Source: an uncultured Methanosarcinales archaeon
Lineage (GTDB): Archaea > Nanobdellota > Nanobdellia > Woesearchaeales > GW2011-AR9
Assembly: GCA_964360675.1 (NCBI GenBank)
Contig: CAYHXT010000001.1
Location: forward strand, 10,491-74,490
Direction of reading: 5' to 3'
DNA: 64,000 nt
Shown here one piece after another: positions 9,283 through 18,464 of this stretch (within the stretch, counting starts at the first letter, position 1; each line of letters opens with the position of its first letter). A program made the position numbers and the translations under genes. The notes under the pieces were generated by a model, which made no database searches, was not told where the DNA came from, and saw nothing but the letters and a program-made list of their open reading frames with translations.

Positions 9283-12168
9283 ATGGAAAAAGTAGTTAGG
9301 AAGATTGCTTATATCGGGGTAGTCTGCGACCTTTTCCATTACGGCCATCTACGTTCCATTCAATTTGCCAAATCTATCTCTGATTACTTGGTTTGCGGGG
9401 TGTTTACTGATGAAGTAGTAGAAGGATATCGGGTTAAGCCGATGGCTAATTATGAAGAGAGGAAAGCCGTGGTGGAAAGTCTTCGCGATGTGGATGCGGT
9501 TGTAGTTCAGGAACAAAGGGACCCCACTAAAAATTTACAACTCATTCATGAAGAGTTTCCAGAGGCAGAAATAATTTTAGTGCATGGTGATGATCTGCAT
9601 TATGTTCACGGAGAAGATTATATTAAAAGCATCGGCGGAAAAGTGGTAAAACACCCTTACTATCCCCGCCTTTCAAATTTTAAGATCATAAATTATCTGT
9701 TGGAAAATAAAGATAAATTCAAAGACATCACGGATTTTACTGCTTTTATAACTGAGAAAGATAAACTTGATGCCGAAGCGCACCAAGGAAATAAAGTGAT
9801 TATCTCTTCTAAAGCAGATACTCTTAAAGCTCTGCAGCCGCTATTGAAAAAATCTAAAATCGAGCCGTTGTATAGTTTTACTATCTCCGACTGGAAGAAT
9901 CAGAAAGAGCAGGTTCTGGCGAGAATACAAGAATTATTTTCTCCTTTTCTGATCGTGGTCAGAAGCTCTGCGGTAAAGGAAGATACTTTCGAACAATCCA
10001 TGGCCGGCTGTTTTGAAAGCGTGCTTAACGTTGATTCTGAAGAAAAAGCAAAAGTGGAAGAAGCAATAAATAAAGTATCCATATCTTACAAAGAAAAAGA
10101 TGCGGAAACTTCTTTCAATCAGATACTTGTTCAAAAGCAGACAGATGATGTCTCTATGAGCGGAGTGGTTTTTACCAGGACTTTAAGCAAAAACGGACCC
10201 TATTACGTCATAAATTACGACGATACTACCGGAAGCACCGATTCAGTGACTGCTGGCAGGGAAAACAAGACCCTCTACATAAGCCGATTCGCCTCTCAAA
10301 TCCCGAAAGAAATGGATGGTTTGATGAGTGCAGTAAGGGAAATTGAAAATATAATCCCTTCCTTCCCGTTAGACATTGAATTTGCCGTGCAGAGCGATGG
10401 AAGCATAGTTATTTTTCAAGTGCGCCCTTTAGCTGCGAATATATACAAGGAAAAATCTGACGAAGAAGTGAAACGGATGATTGATTCCTTAAAATTAACC
10501 TTTCAAAAACATACTGGTCGGCATCCGCATCTGGCGGGAGAAATAACTTTCTTTGGCGATATGCCCGACTGGAATCCGGCAGAAATAATCGGCGACAGGC
10601 CAAACAATCTGGATTATTCCTTATATGGCTATCTAATCACCGATAGCGCATGGCATGAAGCCAGGACTTCACAGGGATATTACAATGTCAATCCGGCCAG
10701 GTTGGTGGAGCTGTTTGGCAACAAACCTTATGTCAATGTGAGAAACACTTTCAATTCTTTTATACCCTCTTCAATTTCTCCGCAGCTGCGCGAAAAGTTA
10801 GTCTCATTTTACTTAGATAAATTGCGCAGAAATCCGCATCTTCAGGACAAGGTTGAATTTGAAGTTCTCTATACCTGTTACGACCTAAATTTTGACCAAA
10901 GGTCTAAAGAATTAGCTGGGGCGGGATTTTCACTCGAAGATATCGCCCAATTAAAAAGCGCTTTGTTATATCTGACCAACCATCTGATCACAGATGCGCC
11001 TAAATCGACAGATGACGATTTAAAAATCGTTTTCAGCATGAATGAATCACGTAAATCAATTTCTACTGTAATCGCAGAATCCGGCAGATCGCAGGAATTG
11101 ATTGCTGAATGTAAGGCCCTTCTAGACCAGTGCAGAAAGAAAGGGACGGTGCAGTTCTCTCGATTGGCAAGGCTGGGCTTCATCGCCAAAATAATATTTC
11201 GGAGCATGGTGGATAGAAAAGTTATAACTCAACAATTTTATGACCAAAAATACAAATCTATAAGCACCGTAGCTACAAAGATCAATGACGATTTTAAGAA
11301 ATTAATGAAGGGGGAATTATCAAAAGAAAATTTCATCAAGGAATATTATCATCTCCGGCCGGGAACATATGATATCACCAGCCCGCGTTATGATGCTAAT
11401 AAGGAACTCATCAACACGTTTAAAATAGTTGGGGGTGGGCTGGAAAAAGAAAGGCTGGAACTAACTAAAGAAGACGATATTAAAATTACCGCTGCATTGC
11501 AGGCGGAAGGATTATTGTGCAATGCAGAGCAATTCCTTAATTTTGTAGAATTATCAACGCAAGCAAGAGAGCTTTCTAAATTTGAATTTACCAAGAATCT
11601 CAGCGATGCTTTAGAATTACTTGCAGAAGCTGCAGAAAGGATGGGGCTTGCTAGAAAAGAGGTTGCTACACTTGATATTAATGATATTTTTTCCAGTATT
11701 TCCGTGCCGCAAACAGAAGAGATTGTAACCGGATGGAAAAAACTTATCCAGAAACACAGTTCCGAAAAAGCGCTGCATGAAAAATTAGTTCTTCCTCCAA
11801 TTATATTTTCCAGCAATGATTTTGAAGTAATACGGTTTTATCTGGCAAAACCTAATTTCATAACTCATAAAAATATTGAGAGTAAAATCGTCCACGTGAA
11901 CGACTTAAAAGACAAAATTGTCCCTGATCTTGAAGGTTGCGTGGTGGTTTTAGAAAATGGAGATCCGGGCTACGATTGGATATTTACCAGAAATCCGGCC
12001 GGATTGATTACGAAATATGGGGGGATCGCTTCGCATATGTCTATAAGGTGCGCAGAATTCGGCATCCCTGCGGCGATTGGCTGCGGCGAACTGATATTCA
12101 ATAAGCTTAAAACTGCGGAAAAAGTCATTCTGGATTGTAAATCAAATAAAATAATCCCTTTACCTTAA
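9283..12168 (+). CDS. fusion protein: N-terminal cytidylyltransferase (HxGH, TagD-like) fused to a PEP-synthase/rifampin-phosphotransferase-like kinase (PPDK_N ATP-grasp + phosphohistidine swivel domain)
   Basis: Residues 10-140: AYIGVVCDLFHYGHLRSIQFAK (cytidylyltransferase HxGH). Residues about 220-420: VRSSAVKEDTFEQSMAGCFESVLNV (PPDK_N signature). C-terminus: ITKYGGIASHMSIRCAEFGIPAAIGCG (PEP-utilisers phosphohistidine motif). The kinase part resembles the Cj1418 L-glutamine kinase architecture. Confidence 0.7.
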   Translation: MEKVVRKIAYIGVVCDLFHYGHLRSIQFAKSISDYLVCGVFTDEVVEGYRVKPMANYEERKAVVESLRDVDAVVVQEQRDPTKNLQLIHEEFPEAEIILVHGDDLHYVHGEDYIKSIGGKVVKHPYYPRLSNFKIINYLLENKDKFKDITDFTAFITEKDKLDAEAHQGNKVIISSKADTLKALQPLLKKSKIEPLYSFTISDWKNQKEQVLARIQELFSPFLIVVRSSAVKEDTFEQSMAGCFESVLNVDSEEKAKVEEAINKVSISYKEKDAETSFNQILVQKQTDDVSMSGVVFTRTLSKNGPYYVINYDDTTGSTDSVTAGRENKTLYISRFASQIPKEMDGLMSAVREIENIIPSFPLDIEFAVQSDGSIVIFQVRPLAANIYKEKSDEEVKRMIDSLKLTFQKHTGRHPHLAGEITFFGDMPDWNPAEIIGDRPNNLDYSLYGYLITDSAWHEARTSQGYYNVNPARLVELFGNKPYVNVRNTFNSFIPSSISPQLREKLVSFYLDKLRRNPHLQDKVEFEVLYTCYDLNFDQRSKELAGAGFSLEDIAQLKSALLYLTNHLITDAPKSTDDDLKIVFSMNESRKSISTVIAESGRSQELIAECKALLDQCRKKGTVQFSRLARLGFIAKIIFRSMVDRKVITQQFYDQKYKSISTVATKINDDFKKLMKGELSKENFIKEYYHLRPGTYDITSPRYDANKELINTFKIVGGGLEKERLELTKEDDIKITAALQAEGLLCNAEQFLNFVELSTQARELSKFEFTKNLSDALELLAEAAERMGLARKEVATLDINDIFSSISVPQTEEIVTGWKKLIQKHSSEKALHEKLVLPPIIFSSNDFEVIRFYLAKPNFITHKNIESKIVHVNDLKDKIVPDLEGCVVVLENGDPGYDWIFTRNPAGLITKYGGIASHMSIRCAEFGIPAAIGCGELIFNKLKTAEKVILDCKSNKIIPLP

Positions 12169-12169
12169 A

Positions 12170-12850
12170 ATGTTATGCGCTATTTCGTTACGGCAGGAAA
12201 AGAACAAGCATGGCGAGGATATTGATGTTTTAGAGCAAAGGTATATCCACTATTTTGAAAAATTCGGCTTGAAACTGCTGCTGATACCTAATGGTCATGA
12301 TGTCGATTATTACTTTGAAAAATTTCCAATAGAAAGGGTTGTCCTGAGCGGAGGAAACGATGTTGATCCGCAGATGTATGGCGGAAAACGTGAAGAAGGG
12401 ATGTCTATAGTTTCCGAACGCGATATAACAGAAAGAAGGATAGTAGAATTAGCTGTCAAGAAGAAGATACCTCTACTGGGAATATGCAGGGGGATGGAAT
12501 TTTTGAATATATATTTTGGCGGAAAATTGATTAATATCAAGAATGAATATGGCAAAGAGGCGCATCTGCCGGGGAAAGAGCATCCTCTGCACATACTTGA
12601 TGGCCAAGAGCTTCTCAGAAAAGAAGTTAGAGTAAACTCTTTCCATAATCAAGCTCTTACTGAGAAAGAGCTTTCTTCAAACTTGCAGGCATTTGCAGTC
12701 AGCGATGAAGGGATAATAGAAGGATTTAATCATTCTTCGTTGCCATTAGTTGGCGTACAGTGGCATCCTGAACGAGAAAGCCCAGATGAAGAATTTAATG
12801 CGCAATTAGTGAAAGCTTTTGTTGAAGGAAAATTGTGGTGGAAGAGATGA
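12170..12850 (+). CDS. class I glutamine amidotransferase-like hydrolase (peptidase C26 / gamma-glutamyl hydrolase type; Cj1417-like)
   Basis: Nucleophile motif LLGICRGMEFL and a C-terminal VQWHPE His-Pro-Glu motif. 226 aa. Confidence 0.6.
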   Translation: MLCAISLRQEKNKHGEDIDVLEQRYIHYFEKFGLKLLLIPNGHDVDYYFEKFPIERVVLSGGNDVDPQMYGGKREEGMSIVSERDITERRIVELAVKKKIPLLGICRGMEFLNIYFGGKLINIKNEYGKEAHLPGKEHPLHILDGQELLRKEVRVNSFHNQALTEKELSSNLQAFAVSDEGIIEGFNHSSLPLVGVQWHPERESPDEEFNAQLVKAFVEGKLWWKR

Positions 12851-13665
12851 AAGCCATTATTCTCGCAGCAGGTATGGGTACCCGCTTAGGCAAATACACC
12901 GAAGACCTTCCGAAATGCATGTTAACTTTTGATGGAAAACCATTGATCGAGAGGCAGGTTGAGACCCTGCGTAGTGCAGGCATCACTGATATTTCTATAG
13001 TTAGGGGATATAAATCTGAGAAAATAAGCCTTGCCGGAGTAAAATATTACCACAATCCAGATTTTGCGACAACTAACATGGTAGAAACTTTATTCTGCGC
13101 AGAAAAAGAGCTGGATGAAAAAGAAGATGTTTTGATATGTTATGCTGATATCATCTATGAACCTAAAGTTCTTCAATCAATAATTGAATCTGGTGCGCAG
13201 ATAGGCGTTACGGTCGACAATGATTATTTGGATTATTGGAAATCAAGGATGGATAATCCGGAATCGGACATGGAAAGTTTAGTGGTTGAGGATGGAATGA
13301 TAACCGAACTCGGCGATACTAAATGTGTCAGAGACAAAGCTGAAGTAAGATACGTTGGATTGATTAAGCTCTCCAAAGAAGGAGTGCGGAAACTAAAGGA
13401 AACATATCATTATCATAAACAACAGCACTTTCATAAAGATGAGCCTTGGCTGAGATCAAAATCTTTCAAGAAAGCATACATGACCTGCATGCTGCAGGCA
13501 TTGATTAACGCAGGGCACGAAGTTAAGCCGATTGTGATTTCGCGGGGCTGGTTAGAATTCGATACTGTTGAAGATTATGAGAAATACAGCAGATGGTTGG
13601 AAGAAGGGACGTTAAGCAGATTTATCAACTTGCAGTTAAACAATAGTATTTCACAACGTTTTTAA
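12847..13665 (+). CDS. sugar-phosphate/phospho-amine nucleotidyltransferase (NTP_transferase fold; LicC/Cj1416-like cytidylyltransferase candidate)
   Basis: MKAIILAAGMGTRLG N-terminal motif. Start chosen at the ATG overlapping the upstream stop (ATGA); the ORF track also allows a GTG at 12835. Confidence 0.6.
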   Translation: MKAIILAAGMGTRLGKYTEDLPKCMLTFDGKPLIERQVETLRSAGITDISIVRGYKSEKISLAGVKYYHNPDFATTNMVETLFCAEKELDEKEDVLICYADIIYEPKVLQSIIESGAQIGVTVDNDYLDYWKSRMDNPESDMESLVVEDGMITELGDTKCVRDKAEVRYVGLIKLSKEGVRKLKETYHYHKQQHFHKDEPWLRSKSFKKAYMTCMLQALINAGHEVKPIVISRGWLEFDTVEDYEKYSRWLEEGTLSRFINLQLNNSISQRF

Positions 13666-13689
13666 AGTAAATTCTCACTTTCATTTTAG

Positions 13690-15957
13690 GTGTCTAAAGG
13701 CATGGAAAAAAAGGTAAAGATAATTGTAACTATAGGGCCATCTACTAATTCTGAAGAAGCGATGCTTAAGATTAAGGATAAAGGCGTTGATTTTGTCAGA
13801 GTAAATATGTCTCATTCTGATATCAATTACCTTAAGGATACCATTGCCTTAGCCAAGAAAGTAGGTCTCCCTTTTGTAATTGATACTGAAGGATCACAGG
13901 TAAGAACCGGCGAGCTGGGCACTTCTACAATCGAATTGGAAGATAATGAAGAAATTAAAATTTATAATCATAAGATAGTCGGAGATAAAGACAAAATCAA
14001 CTTAACTCCTTATTCGGTAGTAGACCAATTAGAAGTGGGCGATTTAATCCTAGTAGATTTTGACACCGCAATATTGCGTATTTCTGACACGGCTACAATC
14101 AATCGGGGATATGTCACTGCCAGAGCTATCACCGGGGGAATAATCGGCAAAAATAAAGCAGTGATAATTGATCCCATATCCAATAAAAAAATAATCCTTC
14201 CCACTCTTTCGGAGAAGGATTATCAATCTATCCAAGTGGGCCTGCAGGAAGGGATTGGGCATATTGCCGCATCATTTATGCGTTCGGGCAAAGCAGTAGA
14301 TGAAGTGCGTAAAGCTACCCAAAATACCATGAAGATAATCTCAAAAGTTGAATGTATAGATGCCTTAGAGAACATTAATGATATTATTCGTAAATCTGAC
14401 TACCTGCTGATTGACAGGGGAGATCTCAGCAAAGAGATCCCCATTGAAAAAATTCCGTTAACTCAGAAGATGATAATCAACAAGGCAAAGAAGTATGGTG
14501 TCGGCGTATTTGTGGCTACTAATCTTCTGGAAACCATGATAGATCATAAGAAACCTACCAGGGCGGAAGTACATGATGTCCTAAACACCATTGTAGATGG
14601 TGCGGGAGGATTAGCATTAGCTGCAGAGACAGCTATCGGAAAATATCCCCTGGCTTGTATTAACATGCTGAACAAAATAATAAAGCATGCTCAACAGGTT
14701 AATGTTGAAGAATTCAGGGATAAAGAAGATAAATTTGTAGAAAAACTTGAAAAGAGCAATTATCTGCTTGATTTCGATATGTCTTCTTCTTTAGTCGCTC
14801 CCCACGGCGGTAAATTAGTTGATCGTATGGTTAAAGAAATGCCTTCCTCGAAATATCTTCATTCCCTGCCAGTTATAAAATTAAATGAAAGTCATCGGCG
14901 CGATGTGGAACAAATAGCAATAGGTACTTACAGCCCGATAGATGGTTTTATGGGAAAAGAAGATTTCCAATCGGTATTAGACAGAATGAGGCTGGCTAAC
15001 GGCCTGGTGTGGCCAATGCCCATAACTCTTGATGTCCCGGAGGATCAAGCAGATATGCTGCTATTGGGTTCTGAAATAGCTTTATCTGGCGATGAGGGCG
15101 AAATCATTGCTTTATTAGCCCTTCAGGAAAAATATACTTTTGATAAATCAGAGACTGCTCAAAAATTATATGCTACTGACAGCTTAGATCATCCTGGAGT
15201 AAAGATGATTATGGGAATGAATTCGGTTCTTCTCGCCGGACCAATAACTTTACTTAAAAGGATCAGGAATGAATTTAAGGAATATGAAATAACCCCTAAA
15301 CAAGCCCGCCGCCTTTTTGAAGAAAGAGGATGGGAGAAAGTAGTAGGTTTCCACACCAGAAATGTGATACATCGCAGTCATGAATTCATCCAGATGGAAG
15401 CATTGCAGAAAAGCAATTGCGACGGCCTTTTTGTACATCCTGTAGTTGGCAAGAAGAAATCAGGCGATTTCAGTGCTAAATTCATAATCAAAGCTTATGA
15501 TCTGATGATAAAAGATTTTTATCCCAAGAATAAAGTTATTTTTGGGACGTTTTCAACTTATTCCAGATATGCCGGACCGAGAGAAGCGCTGTTCACGGCT
15601 TTATGCAGGAAAAATTTCGGATGCAGCCATTTCATCGTAGGCCGTGATCATACCGGAGTGGGAAATTTCTACCATCCCAAGGCATCTCATAATATTTTTG
15701 ACCGCTTTCCTGATTTAGGCATCGTACCTATTCGTTTTGATAATGTGTTCTATACTAAAAAAGAAGGGCGTTATATGCACGAGCAGGAATATCCAAATCA
15801 CCCTGAAGAGGATAAGCTGCTTATCAGCGGCACTCAGGCCAGAAAAATGTTCGAGAACGGAGAACTGCCGCCCGGCTGGTTCATGCGTCCAGAGATTTCG
15901 CAGTTAATTATTGGTGCGGTCAAAAATGGAGAAGAAGTTTTTGTAAAAGATGTTTAA
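13690..15957 (+). CDS. fusion: pyruvate-kinase-like barrel domain (N-terminal 350 aa) + ATP sulfurylase (sulfate adenylyltransferase-like) domain
   Basis: N-terminal part: IIVTIGPS...VDFVRVNMSHSD...FVIDTEGSQVRTG, LIDRGDLSKEIPIEKIPLTQKMII and PTRAEVHDVLNTIVDGAGGLALAAETAIGKYP, all pyruvate kinase motifs. C-terminal part: LVAPHGGKLVDRMV, GFHTRNVIHRSHEFIQ (QTRN..HRAH) and GRDHTGVG (GRDHAG), the ATP sulfurylase signatures. Confidence 0.7.
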   Translation: MSKGMEKKVKIIVTIGPSTNSEEAMLKIKDKGVDFVRVNMSHSDINYLKDTIALAKKVGLPFVIDTEGSQVRTGELGTSTIELEDNEEIKIYNHKIVGDKDKINLTPYSVVDQLEVGDLILVDFDTAILRISDTATINRGYVTARAITGGIIGKNKAVIIDPISNKKIILPTLSEKDYQSIQVGLQEGIGHIAASFMRSGKAVDEVRKATQNTMKIISKVECIDALENINDIIRKSDYLLIDRGDLSKEIPIEKIPLTQKMIINKAKKYGVGVFVATNLLETMIDHKKPTRAEVHDVLNTIVDGAGGLALAAETAIGKYPLACINMLNKIIKHAQQVNVEEFRDKEDKFVEKLEKSNYLLDFDMSSSLVAPHGGKLVDRMVKEMPSSKYLHSLPVIKLNESHRRDVEQIAIGTYSPIDGFMGKEDFQSVLDRMRLANGLVWPMPITLDVPEDQADMLLLGSEIALSGDEGEIIALLALQEKYTFDKSETAQKLYATDSLDHPGVKMIMGMNSVLLAGPITLLKRIRNEFKEYEITPKQARRLFEERGWEKVVGFHTRNVIHRSHEFIQMEALQKSNCDGLFVHPVVGKKKSGDFSAKFIIKAYDLMIKDFYPKNKVIFGTFSTYSRYAGPREALFTALCRKNFGCSHFIVGRDHTGVGNFYHPKASHNIFDRFPDLGIVPIRFDNVFYTKKEGRYMHEQEYPNHPEEDKLLISGTQARKMFENGELPPGWFMRPEISQLIIGAVKNGEEVFVKDV

Positions 15958-15974
15958 ACAAAACAAAATAAAAC

Positions 15975-16559
15975 ATGGAAGATACCAACAATCCTAAATT
16001 ATTGATCGTCTTCTGCGGCCTTTCCGGCTCCGGAAAAAGTTTTAATGCCAGAAAGCTTCAGCAACATCTTCCTGGATATACTATTGTTGGTCCCGGCATT
16101 CTGCGTGAACAATTAAACATCAAAACCTACAGTAGAAAAGATACCCCCAAACTTCTTGCCAAAGTTATCGAACAAATCGAAGAAAACCTAAGAGAGAATA
16201 AAGGGTCTATTGTCGATGCTAACCTTAAAAGCCTGGATGTAAGGCAATTTTTCCACGACACAGCTAAAGAGCTGGGTATAGGTTCCGTTCTTATTGAAAC
16301 CTATTGTTCTTCCGAAACAACCAAAAGCCGCATGGAAAAAAGGGAGCAAAGAACTCTGGCAGAGAATCCCAAACATTTTACTGTTTATCTAGAACAAAAA
16401 CGGTCATGGCAAAACCCCTTATTAGACTTAGAATTAGAAAGGAACAATCATGTTTCGCTAATCCGCATAAACACCGAAAATAAAATGACTGACCAAATTA
16501 AGATAAATGAAAACAACAAATCGATGGTCAATAAAATAATGGAAATACTTAAAGAATGA
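15975..16559 (+). CDS. P-loop kinase, APS-kinase/CysC-like (candidate APS kinase or Cj1415-like CDP-amidate 3'-kinase)
   Basis: P-loop VFCGLSGSGKSF resembles the APS kinase GLSGSGKST loop. 194 aa. The remainder is not strongly CysC-like. Confidence 0.5.
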   Translation: MEDTNNPKLLIVFCGLSGSGKSFNARKLQQHLPGYTIVGPGILREQLNIKTYSRKDTPKLLAKVIEQIEENLRENKGSIVDANLKSLDVRQFFHDTAKELGIGSVLIETYCSSETTKSRMEKREQRTLAENPKHFTVYLEQKRSWQNPLLDLELERNNHVSLIRINTENKMTDQIKINENNKSMVNKIMEILKE

Positions 16560-16560
16560 A

Positions 16561-17502
16561 TTATTTCTTCTGCGCTAAAAACACGACACTATTGCCGAAT
16601 TTATAAATTCCGGGAATGTTCTTCTTATTACTGGCTGATTGCAGGTATCTGTCTAATCTTTTGGCAAACGGGAACAACACCCGTTTCTTAGTAAGGTATC
16701 CCGCCCCGTCATAACGTACAATATTGAATTGTTCCAGCTGAAATAATTTTTTTAATCTGCCAAAGGACAAAGCATTTTTACGCACTAAACCTATTTGTTT
16801 GTGCTGCTGCAAGCTTTCCTTATATTTTTCTGCTTTAGAAAAAACTGAAGATAGCGCAGCAGAAAAAAAATAAGGGATATAAAACAGCGGGGTATCCTGC
16901 CATCGTAATTCATAACGCCTTCGCGTAGTAAGATAATATAGCGACCTTATCCATTTTAAGGGCCCATCAATACTGCTGATGCCATACATATTGCGCTGTG
17001 CCAAAATGAAATGGCCGTTTGGTTTTAAAACACGTTTTACTTCACTAAAACACACTTCTGGAAACTGCAAATATTGTAAGAATCCCAATCCTGCAACACA
17101 ATCAAAAGAATTATTTGGAAAATCTAATTTTTCCGCGTTACCGATGAGGAATTCATAATTGCCCTTCGCATCGGCGGTAGATGTTTTCTGGCAGTTCTTG
17201 ATAGCAATTGCCCTTAATTTATTAGATATATCAATCCCAACTAAATTATGTCCTCTGGCATAAATCTTGGCAGAAGTTATACCTGCTCCGTATCCTAATT
17301 CCAGGACCCGCGCTCCCTGAGGCAAGTTTATAGAATCTAAATATTCTAAAACCGTTTCCTCCCTTCCCCGTAATCTATTCCCGTTGTAATTATCTTCATA
17401 ATAATGCTTTTCCCAGCGGCCTAAATCTTTCTCTTCATTCCACTTCTTTATTGCCTGTTGATTTTGATTATAATCCATAGTATTACCCTTCCTGCGCATC
17501 AA
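16561..17502 (-). CDS. class I SAM-dependent methyltransferase
   Basis: VLELGYGAGITSAKI motif I and a downstream VGIDIS acidic motif. 313 aa. Confidence 0.7.
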   Translation of the reverse strand: MMRRKGNTMDYNQNQQAIKKWNEEKDLGRWEKHYYEDNYNGNRLRGREETVLEYLDSINLPQGARVLELGYGAGITSAKIYARGHNLVGIDISNKLRAIAIKNCQKTSTADAKGNYEFLIGNAEKLDFPNNSFDCVAGLGFLQYLQFPEVCFSEVKRVLKPNGHFILAQRNMYGISSIDGPLKWIRSLYYLTTRRRYELRWQDTPLFYIPYFFSAALSSVFSKAEKYKESLQQHKQIGLVRKNALSFGRLKKLFQLEQFNIVRYDGAGYLTKKRVLFPFAKRLDRYLQSASNKKNIPGIYKFGNSVVFLAQKK

Positions 17503-17652
17503 TTTATAAACATTTCTCCAGTTTAAACGCTGAGAATTCTACCCTTCTAATGAATGGTGGCGGCCGATTTCTCTTTTTGACAAATGAAATAATAAATCTC
17601 ATTAATCCTACCTGCACAACATTTAAAAACACTTTTAACGGGGAACATACCC

Positions 17653-18462
17653 GTGGAAATGAAATCATCTCTATACGGTTTGAAAAGATATGGTATGAAA
17701 AGTTTTCTTAAAAATGTCTTTTCCATCGCTGTTAGCGATGCCGTGGTAGTCTCCTTTCAAAAAAGCGGCAGGACGTGGTTACGTTTGATGTTAGGCAAAG
17801 TATTAGAAGAGCAATATAAAATAAAAAGAGTCCGTTTAGATACTGAATATATGACTTTATTCAAACTCTTACCGAATGTTTTATTTTCACATGGGGGGTG
17901 CACGAAAAATAACAATACAATTGATTTCAGGAAAGTGTTTAAAAATAAAAAAGTTGTGGTCTTGGCAAGAGATCCCCGTGCGGTTATGGTATCATTATTT
18001 TATGACCATACTACCCGTAACCTCTTGTATAATGGAAACAATATCTCCGAATTTATCCGTGATGAAAATTTTGGGCTGCCTAAGGTTATGAAGTTCATGG
18101 ACGCTTGGGGCGGAGAATTACAACAAAGAGATAACATTTTATTGATACGTTACGAAGATCTTTACACAGATACCCCAAAAGAACTGAAACGTTTCCTTGA
18201 ATTTATAGGTCTTACTGCAACAGAAGAAGTATTGAATCGTGCTGTAGAATATGGTTCTGTAAAGAATATGCGCAAAATGGAACTTAAAAATGAATTTAAA
18301 GACCGCCGTATGCTGCCAGGAGACACAAAAAACAAAAACTCATATCGTACCAGAAATTGTAAACTCGGCAGTTTCAGGGAAGAATTAAATAAAGAAGATT
18401 TAGATTATATAACCAAGTTAATGAAAGAACAATTGCATCCTATTTTTAACTATAATGGATAA
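17653..18462 (+). CDS. PAPS-dependent sulfotransferase
   Basis: 5'-PSB loop SFQKSGRTWL (K-S/T-G-T-W type) and 3'-PB motif ARDPRAVMVS (RDPRD type). 269 aa. Confidence 0.7.
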   Translation: MEMKSSLYGLKRYGMKSFLKNVFSIAVSDAVVVSFQKSGRTWLRLMLGKVLEEQYKIKRVRLDTEYMTLFKLLPNVLFSHGGCTKNNNTIDFRKVFKNKKVVVLARDPRAVMVSLFYDHTTRNLLYNGNNISEFIRDENFGLPKVMKFMDAWGGELQQRDNILLIRYEDLYTDTPKELKRFLEFIGLTATEEVLNRAVEYGSVKNMRKMELKNEFKDRRMLPGDTKNKNSYRTRNCKLGSFREELNKEDLDYITKLMKEQLHPIFNYNG

Positions 18463-18464
18463 CT

